Position numbers and translations under genes: made by a program. Below the pieces are notes generated by a model that worked only from the letters and a program-made list of their open reading frames with translations, searched no databases and had not been told where the DNA came from. This document shows positions 25,075-37,945 of a DNA stretch of 64,000 nt, piece after piece; positions within the stretch are counted from its first letter, which is position 1; each line of letters begins with the position of its first letter. This DNA comes from Callorhinchus milii (taxonomy: Eukaryota), in the NCBI RefSeq assembly GCF_018977255.1, contig NW_024704743.1:77998001-78062000 (forward strand), written 5' to 3'.

Positions 25075-25843
25075 TTTACACTGCATTGAGGGATAGCATC
25101 TCTGACATGTAAGTTATGTTGGCCATGATGTGAGTTGCTTTAGCTCACATCATGCAATATTAGTATTATTAGTTACATCATTATGATGTAATCATTAATA
25201 TTAGTTTAATCATCATTAAAAATGATGATGTATAGGCGCTCATTGAAGGAATTTTTAAAAATTCTATTGTGCAACCTGCGTCTTCCCTTCCCCCCAATGA
25301 CCACTTGTCGCTAGTTATTTCTTTTGCTCTCATCTCACTGCCTCAATGTTATTGCGTGCCTGTCTTTCATCAGGTTTATCTCTCTTACTTGCATGCCTCT
25401 GTCTCCGTCTTGAAGCTGTCCTTTCTCTCCACTGCTCTGCACTCCAACTGTTGTCTGACAGAGCTCCCTGATGTGAATAATGGGGCTGGTAATCTCAGTG
25501 GTACTGATGTGCTGTGGGACACAGCAGCAGATCAAACTGTCAGCAAGTCCCCCTCTGCACAACACAGGACATGGTAAAAGCTCAGAAATAGGCCTAAATA
25601 ATTATTTTCAAAACAAAGGCATCAGGTTGAATGGGATTACCAAAGATAAGTGACGATACCTAATTCACATCATGGATTAGTTTACATCATAATTTTTAAT
25701 GATAATTAAACTAATATTAATGATTACATCATAATGATGTAACTAATAATAATAATATTGCATGATGTGAACTAAAGTAACTCACATCATGGCCAACATA
25801 GCTTACATGTCAGGAGATGCTATCCTTCAGATGCAATGTTAAA
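25075..25843. repeat. long inverted repeat: arms ~25075-25232 and ~25683-25843, ~450 bp spacer
   Basis: Arms are reverse complements with only scattered mismatches. Confidence 0.92.
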
Positions 25844-26200
25844 TCAGAGCCAGTCTCCTGCCATTCAGGTGGATGTTAAAGATCCCATGGCACTTTTTGT
25901 GAACAAAAGTGGGGGGTCTCCGAATGTCCTGACTAACAATCCCCAAAATAAAATCACTTGTGTCTTTTTATGTCTTGGCCGTTTGTGGGACATTACTATA
26001 TGAAAATTGGCTGTTATCAACCATGCGCATCACCTACAATAACAACAACAGTTTGGATTTATATAGCACCCTTCACGTGAATAGTGTCACCTAAAAATAC
26101 ACAGTCACTACCCTTTCACTAAAATCCTGCAAAGCACTTTGAGACATTTCAATGATATGCTTTATCAAATGCAAGAATTAATTTTATTATTATTATGTTA
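25810..26200 (+). mobile_element. Deu-domain SINE, 5'-truncated, with a small internal L2-tail insert (~26036-26090, -)
   Basis: TTCAGGTGGATGTTAAAGATCCCATGGCACT; GTTTGTGGGACATT; shared tail. Confidence 0.75.
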
Positions 26201-29200
26201 TTATTATGTATTCTCTATTCTAACCAAATAAATTTACACCAATACAGTGAATATTTCACTAGTTGCATGATCAGTAAACCTGCCTTAACGGATGTCTTAA
26301 GGCCCTTTATTTTCTATTCGCTGGCATCACAAAACATGAAATGCATCAGAGATCTCAGTCCCAGAAAGCACTTTGCTGAACCAGATCAGCATTGCAACTT
26401 TTTATGCCCAAAACTCAAAATCAACTACATTTTTGAAAGATAGTGCAGAACACCAGTGCAGAAGTGAATTACGAAATGCTGAATTTGGGGATTCAGGGGT
26501 GTTTATGAAAAGCTAGTAGTTTGTAAATATGATCTATGGCATTGCCTAAAACATCTCATAACATAGCAATCCAGCCTGACCCAACTCTTCTTATGCAAAT
26601 TCAAAATTCTTCCACAAACAGAGTGCACTATTTGGCGATTGTCAGAAGCTGGAAATTACAGAAACCATTCAAAATGCTAAGGGTTAATTTTAGATCTTTT
26701 CCAATGGTGACTTAAATTTGGGTAACCCGTGTGTGGTTTGGTCTCCGTGTCTTAATAATAAGAAATAGGCATATATCTTTTGTGGAAATTTGCATTTAAT
26801 TTTAGTTAATTGAGTGCTTTTTTGTCTTTTTGCACAGCTTTCAATTTTCCAAGCATTTTGTGGGTAGAAATCTCTTTTGAAATCTCATAAATGGGCTGCG
26901 TTTATTACAGCTGTATTAATAATAGATAAATGTCTTTACTGCTGGATGTTCTTCAAGAACCACATAAATCTCAGAAGGAGTATTTTCATATCACCCTAGG
27001 TTTTAACAGCTGCACCTTATTGAAAAACAATATAACACAGGCTTTAAAATTAGACTGTCTCCCATTAAAGAATCGCACCACCTGAAACTGCTTTCCCTTT
27101 TGTAAACTCCTGCAGTCAGTCCTGGCAGTCACATGAAATTAAACTACTGGTTTGTAAATCTTCAGACCGTCAGGACAAATTTCCCCCTACTCAATGACCC
27201 TGAACAATAGAATTTGTGTGGCTTGTTTCTCTCCCCTCATCTGCTGCCAGGGACATTATTTTAATCACCTCTGAAGAGGTCAGGAATAAAATAAATGGTG
27301 TAATAATTGCTGTCTTTGGCAAGAAAAACGCAGCCTCATCTGAAATGCAGGGCCTGCCATCCCCAGATGTTGCAAAAGCATCAACTACGCCCAAGAAAAA
27401 TTGGATTAGTCACATTCTTGTCTTCTAATGGACACACTCCGTGATCTTTAGAGCTTCATTTACTGGGTTAATAGTGCTTTGCCTGAGTTCCTTTCAGAAC
27501 CTGTAGGAAGAAATATTCCTGTGCAGGCCATAGTCACTGACACGAGTAATATCATATTCATCACAAGCAGACCTCATATCTCATTACTGCTGCAAGAGTT
27601 GCCCTGAGGCGTATGAGCGCAGTCAGGCCAGACCATCATGTGGAGTCATACAGGTATATTGTGAAATGATTTAATGCGATAATAATGTCCACTTTGTGAG
27701 ACAGATTGTGTTTTTTATAGTAGCTGATGGTTAATGAATGATACATTAGCAAACACACTAAAACATTATTGAGAAATGTAGATGAAGACAGTCTCTTCTT
27801 CCCTTGAATAAAAGATGAAAGGCAGGACGACGGAATCAGTAAGATTGCCAGGCTTTACTTTGAAATATGTCAACAGATTCACTCAGGAATATTAAAACTA
27901 CCATAAAATTATTATCGACGCAGACCGAAATTTCTCATCTTTAATCAAATGAAGAGCAGCGAAATGGCAAAGGGAACAAGGGCACTGTTGTGCCAGTTTA
28001 TTAGATCAACATTTTACGGATTAATCTGACTTGGTCTTTATCTAACACTGCAGTGAACATACTGCTAGACTGTGAAATGAGTTAAGAATAGCGAGTTCTG
28101 CTCCAGCAGCCTTGTCCCAATGCACAAGAAATTATACCAAACCATTATTTTGTTCAGATTCTCTTTATTATGGTTTTATGATTGGAAGAACAAATGCATA
28201 TATGTTCTCTTTAATATTAACAGCAAGTGATACCAACAGTGTAAATCCGTATAAAATAACTGGAACCCTCAAAGGACAGTGATAGCATTCCTGCATCACA
28301 TTCAAAAAAATGTCACGCTTAGACTTGTTTGGTTTATTCTTTCTGCAGACTATATTAGTGAACGAATGCACCAAGGACTGGAAAGCTTCATTTTTCCCCT
28401 CCTTCATTGGTATTTAAAATATTCACTGTGAAAATGTTACAGTTTGTGTTTGTGTGCACATGAGCTAAAATAAATAAACATATTTTGTTGTCCCGTACGC
28501 TGCAAACAGTATTCACTGGCTTAAAGGTTAGTAAATTCAATGCATTTAAGTACAGTACTACATCAGCAAGTTAAGACATTTTTTTCCACAATAAGGTGCT
28601 TTGACTTAATTAGCTCTATTTTGTCTGGAGAATGAATTATGTAAACCCTCTCAACCTATAACTGTTTCAAGTCAATTAATTGTTGTAATTACTTAAGATT
28701 TCTTCTTGATGAATATGGCTCTCTGGAGATTAGATGATAACCTGTCATCTGTATGCCTGATAAATTAGACCTGATTTGTGCTCAGCTACAAGCAGAGGAC
28801 TTGCCCTCAAACAAATGCAAAATCTGTTACAGAGACTGCTGGAATTGGGGGTGGGGAGAGAAAATATCATATTGGAACTGAATATATAGTATTCAAACAC
28901 CAGATTCAGGTCACTGTCAAAGTCCGGCAAGTCACACCACAGCTGTTCCCCGACAGCTTTCTGCTTGCCGGCCTTTTTTCGGTGTTTGTTGTCTTGGGAT
29001 TCACAATTTGATATGAATTAATAATAATAATAAAAATCCTCGCATTTGATATCGTGCCTTATCACATCATTGAGACATCTCAAAGCGCTCCATAGAATAT
29101 ACTGTAAAGTGAACTGACTGTATATTTTGTGGGTGAATTCAGTTTGCGACAATTGCACTTTGACCACGGTATCACTCCATTCATTTTACAAGCTTTTCCT

Positions 29201-32200
29201 GCACAATAGATAGCAGCCACTCATGTCCACTCCCAGTGTACCAGCACTCTTTCAGCTTTACAGATTTCAGCTAATTCCACCTGCACCGTCGCCTGAGTTG
29301 TTGTGCACCAATTTTTGTGACATTCCTAAAATAAAAGTGAATGTTAAAAGTAAGAACTTTTTTTCTTAAGACGCAGGCACTTGCTTGGATGATTTATTTC
29401 CATTCTGCTTGTCGGCAGATCTTCTGACATTTTTCCCCAGATCACATTGTCCTATCTGCTAGCACGGCCTCATGCACAGAAAGAGGGGGGAAAAAAACAC
29501 ACCAGATAATAACACGCAAGGCTGCCTTCTGCTGTTGTGTATTTCAAAATGAATATCAAATTCTCCCTGTTGTTGTCACTCCATCTAATAATCCAATCTG
29601 TGGGGGAAGCTCTTTAAGATGAAGTTTTACAGAGCACTGCCTGTTTTCATGACTGCTGATGGAGATGGAAGCTGGCTTTTTGCTGTCATTAACCTGATTT
29701 CCTCCATCTACATACATTATGATATTAGTAGCATGACACCACCCCCCCACCCCACACACACACACATACACACCAGTAAGGAGAGTCTTGCCACTGGCTA
29801 GTGGTACCCATCTTAGTAACCATTTAGAACATGGATTGTAAAAAAAATGTCAAACCTTTTCCACTGCCGCTTCACTGAATATAATTCCAATACCACAGGC
29901 CTTGATGGTCACACTGGCTGTCCACAGCGGGCATGTGTTACAGTATATTACCTGGGGCCTGGTAGCCCTGATTCTGTCACTGTTTCACCAAGCTAGAAAG
30001 TAGGTGTGTGTGTGTAGTGGTGGGTGGGGGGGGGGGTTGGAAGACAGCGGGGGGAATGGACTTTGGAATCTGCCCCTTTCAACATCACCATTAATTGATT
30101 CTATTTATTACTACCTGTCAGTCACTTTTCAGAATCTTGTTTTGCTCCTTTATGTGGCATGTGCGTTATTGTTCCTCTTCTCCTCCAGATCTACAAGCCT
30201 CAGTGCATCCCAAGTGGGGAGATATTATAGCTGTCCTCTGTAAGTCAGGAAAAACTGTGAAGTACTTGCCTGAAATTGTTAATTTGACCATTAGTTCAGG
30301 AAATCCCCAACCTGTAATTCAGGGGTGTATCAACAATGTTAATACACACCTGTTAGAACAACAACGACTTGCATTTCATACAGTACCTTTCGGCTTGGTG
30401 TGTAGAAACTCTGGTCTGGTCTGGAAGGATGTTCCAGCCAGTCGCAATGGCCAATAGCAATGGGTCAGGCATTGTAAATCATGATGATAGTGGTTCTTGG
30501 GTGACTAATGAATGATAGTTGTTGCACAGGAAGATAAAAGATAGAGTTGGCTTAGACTACAATGGCTTGTGTAACCTGCACACTATACTCTGGAAACAAC
30601 ACTACAATACAAATTTACATTTATATAGTGCTTTTCACATCAGGAAGATGTCCCAAGGTGCTGATCAGTCCAGGGTTTTTAGCCAAGCTGGAGGTGGAAG
30701 TGGAGGGGCTGAGGAGGGGAAAGATGGCCGAAAGCACAGTGAAAGAAGTTGAAAAAAGGTTTCTCCAGTCAAAATGAATTGACTATTTTTTGTGAGCGAA
30801 ATGTTTTTTAATTTTTTTTATTGGTGAGCAAGCGATATATTTGTTCATGAGCAGAGAATATGCCCCCATATATATATATACACACACAAAATATACAGTC
30901 AATTCACTTTACAGTATATTCTGCGATCTGAAGATGTGATAAGGCATTGTATCAAATGCAAGGATTATGAATAATATTATTTACATTGGCTGTTCCAGAT
31001 TGGCTTGAACATTAAACTATTTTTGTTTGAAATTTTTTTTGTGTTGTTTTTTATCGAAATATATGATTTTCTTTTAACACGAGACAAATCTAAGCCTGAG
31101 ATGAAAATCCCATGAAATTCTCCCCCAAAATATCCCACAGCCCTCAACACTGCCAAACAGAGAAGATGAGAGTAGTGGCTCAAAAAACGCACCAGTTTAA
31201 AGGGAAAGAGAGCATGGAAAGCTATATGCAGACAGTTCAGCCTTTGAAAGAAATTATTGTTTCTTTAAACTCAGAACCTGTGTAACAGAAAAGCTGGATT
31301 TCCTCGGCTGCTCACAACTGCTCTCAACTTGAGCTTATTTTTTGCTTAATATCGCCTCATTAACACAACAGATAAAAATAGTCACTGCTTTTGATATAGC
31401 GCCTTTCACATCAAAAAGACAGCTCAAAGAGCTTCATAGGATTTACTGTAAAGTGTAGTGATGGTGTGTTTTGTAGACGGACGCGGCATAAATACTGCTC
31501 TGTGTGTGGAGTCTTGAAAAGAAGTGTTTCTCTGTGTTTTCCCCTTCCACCTACTGTACAATGTTTGAAGGATGGTAGATTCGGCTTTGCTTTGACCTTT
31601 GGTGGTCGTGTGTTGCCTGGAGCCCTGTCACCCTGCAGGGTTTGATGTATTTTCATGTATCGCAGCATGACTTGAATTTCAACTCAAGAACGACACAAGC
31701 TTTACAGAGAATACAGGCGCAATGAGATATTTTTCTTTTTTCTTCCTCTCTCCCCCCCCCCCATCCCACCCCCATTTTCTTCTCCCTGCAAAGCTTTATT
31801 GCAACAACCAACAACACCTAAAGACGCCTGCTCATCCTGTAAATCTCATTAAACAAAAGCGTTTGTCTGAGTCCTTTCATTATTGTTGACCTGCACTGTG
31901 CGTTGTCGGCAATGTCTCTCTCAGCTGCCACATTAAAGGAATGAAATTTCTTGAAATGTTATTTACTAGGAAACATCTGCTTTCTTTCACGAGATCAAAT
32001 CTCTTTTGACTTCGCTGCTCTTCCTGGGCCAGAAAGCAGAGACCCAGGTTTCCTAGCAACCGCGATGCTCAGCATCCTGTCAGCCAGTCTGGATGCAGGA
32101 GATGAGCTTGTAAAGGTCAATTGATTTGGCTGTCCCATTCCCCCCAGCCACCCCCCCCCCCCCCCCCCCCCCTCTTTATTTTCTGTGTGATATGCTCTTG

Positions 32201-32911
32201 TTGACACCCAATTCCAATTTCACATTAATATCCCATAATTAGTTTTTATTTGTGTTTGTGTCCTGTGCTTTACTTGAATAAAACGAAACACAAGCAATAC
32301 TTGAGGGGATGTCTGAGTGAAAAGCAGCCATGGAAAAAAGAGCTGAAATCACTGAAATCGTCTGACTGCTGACTATCCTGCTGTGCTGCCTCAGGCAGTT
32401 ACATATTTCCATTGAGTTATTTTATGATCAGGCCAGTATGTTATTGAAATATTATCCCTTTAGACTAGCTCATTCTGGTAGAAGATGACAGATTTTCAGA
32501 GCAGTGATTTAGTCCACAGACCAAATACAAGATTGGCCCAAACGCGATTTGAGTGAGACTGGCCCCTGCTAGAACCTGGCATATGCAAGACAGAAGCAAA
32601 CCCATCACTTCTGGTAAAAAGCACATCTCATAGTCATGCCTGCAAAGTGGCAAACTGCAGCCACTCTCAGCACACAGAGAGGCATCATAACATAAGTAAG
32701 GAAGCCCGATGTGTTTTGAAGGAGCGGTATCCCTTTTCCATTAATATATATTTGGGGTTTGGGTTGATGTCATTTACCATTTGCTGTGCAACTCAAGCTG
32801 GCTAATAAATTGGACAACACTGTCAGCCAGCTGTTTGGTCAATGGAAATTCTAATGGGGAAATGCAACCTGCAATGCGTTCATTGAAACATTGAAAAATT
32901 CAACCAACATA

Positions 32912-34250
32912 AAATTATAGAATTATTCAGCACAGAAGGAGGCCATTCAGCCCATTGTATCTGTGGCAGCTCTTTGAAAAGAGCTATCCAAATCTATCCC
33001 ACTCCCACACTCTCTCCCCATAGCCCTGCAAACTTGTCCTCCCCAAATAATTAGCTACTTCTTTCTTAAAAGTTGTTATCGAATCGGCTTCCACCACCTT
33101 TCAGGCAATGCATTACAGATCCAAACAACTCGCTGTATGGAAAAATTTCTCCTCTACTCCCTTCTGTTTTAACAAATATTTTAAATCGGTGCCCTCAAGT
33201 TACCAACCCATCCGCCAGTAGAAATGTGTTCTCCTTGTTCACCCTACCAAAACCCTTCACCATTTGGAAAACTTCTATTAAGTCTCCTCTTAACCTTCTC
33301 TGCCTCAATGAGAATAATCCTAGCTTCTCTAGCCTCTTCTGAAAACTGAAGTCCCTCATTCCTGATACCATCCTGGTAAATCTCCTATTGCACCCTCTCC
33401 AATGCTTTGACATCCTTCCTAAAGTGTGGTGCCCAGAACTGAACACAGTACTCTAGCTGAGGCCGAACCAGTGTTTTATAAAGTTTCATCATAACTTCCT
33501 GACTTTTGTATTCTATGCCCCTATTTATAAAGCCTAGTATCCCGTATGCTGTTTTAATAGCTTTATCTACCTGTGCTGCCACTTTCAACGATTTACTTAT
33601 ATGAACCCCCAGGTCTCTCTGTTCCTTCACCCCTTTTAAGATTGTACCATCAGCTTATATTGCCTCTCCTCATTCTTCCTCCCAAAATGCATCACTTTGC
33701 ATTTCTCCACATTAAGCTTCATCTGCCACGTGTCTGCCCATTTTACCAGTCTGTCTATGTCCATTTGCAGTCTGCTAGTATCCTCCTCACTGTTTACTAC
33801 TTTTCCAGCTTAGTATCATCTGCAAACTTAGAAATTGTACTCCCTATACCCAAGTCCAGGTCATTTATATAGATCAAAAACAGCAGTTGTCCCAATACTG
33901 ACCCCTGGGGGACACCATTGCACACTTCCCTCCAGTCAGAAAAACAACCATTCACCACCACTTTCTGCTTTCTGTCTCCCAGACAGTTCTGTATCCATGC
34001 TGCCAAACTGTCCCTTTAATACCGTGGGCTTCTATTTTGCTTACAAGTCTCTTATATACTCACTTTATCAAATGCCTATTGAAAATCCACATAAACCACA
34101 TCAACTGCACTACCTTCATCCACCCTCTCCGTTACTTCATCAAAAAACTATCAAGTTTGTTAGACATGATTTGCCTTTAACAAATCCGTGTTGGCTGTCC
34201 TTCCCGGGTTTATCCTTCTGCCCCTTTTTGTACACGGGAGTAACATTTGC
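32912..34250 (-). mobile_element. CR1 LINE 3' ~1.3 kb with RT remnant (stops and frameshifts)
   Basis: [19 protein letters not shown]...[50 protein letters not shown]1-type 3' UTR. Confidence 0.95.
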
Positions 34251-34857
34251 ACTGACATTTCAGCTAATAACTAAACTAACCTGTGGGTGTGTTCACATCC
34301 ATCAACTCCATTACAATGGTTAAAGCCATTGGCTTGCTGTTGTTTTGGGTGAGTTCTGCTAACTGGCATTTCAACAACTTGTTTCACAGGCTGGCGAGCC
34401 CAAATACACTGGGTTGGCACTGGACTCAACCATCATGATGGAGTTGAGGGGTAGATTAATCATACCTGCAGATCAGTTTGCCTTTAGTTAGCAACCGACT
34501 GGGTCGGCTGCACTTTTCAATGTTGTTCAAATATATCTTAGGTCACAGTTTTCATTGTTAATAAATAACACAAATTAGCTCCTCAATACCAATAGGGAAT
34601 CAATGACCTGTGTTGTAATGTTTGTAAATCCAGAACATAGTTTAGATTCACTAAGATTCCTTTATTTAAACTCTCCACTTCCGCAATCTGCCCAGTCACG
34701 GTCCCAGAATCCTTTTATACTTCTTCTCATTGTCACTGTCAAATTGCCAATTAAGTCATTAAAGTGATATGCAACACATGTAATGTGACAATTTTCATCA
34801 GTAATAATTATCATGTGGCAATAAAATGCAGTTCTTAACAAACTGGCAGCTGTATGT

Positions 34858-35040
34858 GTGTCAGCCTGACTCAGTTGGTAGCACTTTTGCCTCTAAGTCA
34901 GAAAGTTGTGGGTTGAAGCCCCACATTGGGAGTCTCTTTTGACACCCCAATAGTGTCCAATTGGGTAAGACATTAAACCAAGGTCCTATTTGGCTGTTCA
35001 GGTGAACGTAAACAATACCATGTCACTATTTGAAAAAGAA
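34858..35040 (+). mobile_element. Deu-domain SINE 5' part
   Basis: Head GTCAGCCTGACTCAGTTGGTAGCACT..AGTCAGAAAGTTGTGGGTTGAAGCCC and the Deu motif. Confidence 0.75.
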
Positions 35041-35330
35041 GCAGAATTGAAGCACTACTTCTCCAGCCAGGAATAAAGGGGGCTGTGCTCCACTTAAAAC
35101 TGAACGTGCAGGTGAGCCTGTGGATGAAACCATTCTCTTAAAGTTAGGGTGTGTTCAATCCATAAAAATGCAGTTAATGACAACTTTTAAGGCCATATTT
35201 TAAGGTCATTTTCTGACCTTTCATAATAATAATAATTACAGTAATGATAATCCTTACATTTGTCACAGCGCCTTTCAGGTTGGGAGAATGTCTCAAATTG
35301 TTGCATAGGATTTATTCTAAAGTGTAGTGA

Positions 35331-36615
35331 TAGTTCTGATCTGAAAATGTGCTGCAATTTTTGTGTTGAAATAACATGGAAATTAATCATGGGGAAAAGT
35401 GAAGCTGGTAAAGTGAAGGTGAGAAGGTCAGTGAAAGGATTCATATAGAAACATCCAAAGAAATGAAGGTTGAAGGTTACACACTAATGCAAATATAAGT
35501 CATAAGGTGAATGCCTATATATATCATTTTACAAGTCTCATTTGACTGCCCCCTGCCCTCCATTATTGTAAGAGATTAAGGAAAGAATAACTACATAATT
35601 ATAAAGATATTCATAATAGATATATTTCCTTACTTCTTAATGTTTTATTATTATTCAACAATCCAATCCCAAAGTATCATTTTAACATGGTCATTGGGGA
35701 CCATAAGGTCCGTGTTAGTCTTGTAATGTATTGGTTAGAGCACTCACCTCGCAAGCTAGAGGATCTGGGTTTGATTCTCGGCAGAGCGAAACATTGGGCA
35801 AGTTTCCTTACCCCACACGCCTCTGTTCATCTAGTAAGTAGGAAACCGGTTGTTAGTTGATTGGTAGATCACTTTTCTGGGGATAATAATTCCTTAAAAA
35901 AAATTGGTCACTCAATCTACAACTGTTTGTGGGACATTGCTGTACACAATTCGCTGCCGTGTTTCACCCACAAAATATACAGTCAATTCACTTTACAGTA
36001 TATTCTGTGAAGAGCTTTGAGATGTTTCAAAGATGTGATATGGTGCTATATGCTATATGTGTTATGCAAGGATTATTATTATATTATTATCCCAATCCAC
36101 CCTATAACAAGGCTGTGACAGATGGTTTTGCTGTACACCCACATAGCCGGCTCACCGACTTGCTCTCTGTATTAACAGAAAAGGCAACTTCCTGGTCAAC
36201 CTGGTGGCCACAAACGTCACTTCCTATGACGTTTATGTCCTCTGAGTAGAGAGTGATGTTGGCCATTTTATTGAAAGAGCTGGCTGGCACACAGGAAGTG
36301 AGCGGGCTGGCTGTATATATGCACAGTGAATATGGCCCACACTGCAACTGCTTTATAACTGAATCAGCACTTTGAAGAATCATGTTAGAGCAGAGCTGTA
36401 CTGTATACTGCAAAGCCCTATTTACACTTCACAGTTAGTTCTGATGTGAAAATATGCTGCTATTTTTGTGGTGAAATAAAATGGAAATTAATCATGGGGT
36501 AAAGTGGAGGAGATAAAGTGAAGATGAGAAGGTCATGGCTTCAGTGAGAGGTTTCATAAAGAAACATCCAAGGAAATAAAGGTTGAAGGTTACACACTAA
36601 TGCAAATAAAAGTCA
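35331..36615 (+). repeat. local direct duplication: ~35331-35502 and ~36436-36615
   Basis: Colinear TAGTTCTGAT..GGAAATTAATCATGGGG..GGTTGAAGGTTACACACTAATGCAAAT in both copies. Confidence 0.9.
35727..36089 (+). mobile_element. tRNA/CORE-like SINE, long subtype, nested in a pogo-like MITE (~35675-36405)
   Basis: TGGTTAGAGCACTCACCTCGCAAG head; long-subtype segment; (ATT)n tail. Confidence 0.88.
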
Positions 36616-37509
36616 GACAATGCTTATAAGGCAATAGTTCAGAACAAGCTATTAATAATAATCCTTGCATTTGATACTGCGTCTCTAACATGAAAATCTA
36701 GCAAAAGTGCGGTGAACTAAAGCCTGGAGTGGAAAAGGTCTAACAAGATAGCAATAGGTTAGCTGTGGTCTAAAGCATGACAAACAGAACTAATTCAATC
36801 TGCCTTACCATCATTTCCCAGCCTACCGAAAACATGCCATGTGGTTTTGCTTCAGTTGCTGCGATGCAGGGAATAAGGGTGCAATAATTTGTTCATTGCT
36901 CTTGATTTCCTGTTTTAATGTGTTCCAGACAGTAGACTTTCCTGTCATCTAATGTGGAAAACAATTGTGGTTATTGTCGGTCCTGTTGTGTTCCGGTATA
37001 CCTTCAGGACTTCTGGCATGAAATCATTGATATCCTTTGTCCTGTGTCAAATCACACCATAAAAACGCAGCTTCAGACAAATGCAACTGCCGTTGTGGTG
37101 AAATCTTTTTACATAAAAATGAACATATCTTGAAAATTCCACATTGCCCTATTGATACGGAACTGTTTGTGTCAATCCAGCACTATAGTAGTTGAGCATT
37201 GAATCAATGCTGACGTACCATGTAAATCAAGTTTAAATGTCATTGATTTGATTGTGACCCCATTCCTGAAACCACCTCAAAAGGAATCATATTCATGGTG
37301 GTGTGTACGCTATAAATCGGGTTTGTACTATGGTGAATCTTAAAGGAATGTTTAAATTTGAAACTACTTAAATCCTCAGGCATCTCATTGAAACATCTTT
37401 AAGCTTTTAAATGTTATTAAAGAGTATTTTATAACCCGTCTCTTTAATAATGCTAAATTCCTAACCAGCATTCACCGCTGGTTAGTTGGCTCTTTGCTTT
37501 GGTCGCAGA

Positions 37510-37945
37510 TGTTTGCACCAGGCTCAGTGGCCTATCACCCCTATCCTCGCCGGAACCATTGGCTCCACATTCCCCAGCAGATCGAGTTCAAGATCTTCCA
37601 CCTTTAAATCTCTCCGCGGTCTCGCCCCCTCTACCTCGTTGACCTCCTCAAACCCTGCCAATCCAGCCGCTCCTTTCACTTGGCAGGCACTGGCCTGCTT
37701 CACATCCCCAGCCCTGACCACCTCACCATCGGCAGTCGAGCTTTCAGCCTTTCTGCCCCACTTTGGAACTGCACTTGTGAGTCCCTCTAACTCTTCCCCT
37801 TCCTCACCTTGTTCAAGGTCCGTTTCAAGACCTACATCTATGATTGCGCTTTCGGTAATCTTTCTTCTCCCCGCTCCCCTCAGCTTCTACCCCTCCAGCT
37901 CGGATGCCCAGCCAGTATTGTTAAGTGCCTTGGGACATCATCATA
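37510..37945 (+). mobile_element. L2 LINE 3' fragment
   Basis: RIEFKI...FKSLRGLAP..FKVRFKTY remnants. Confidence 0.8.
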
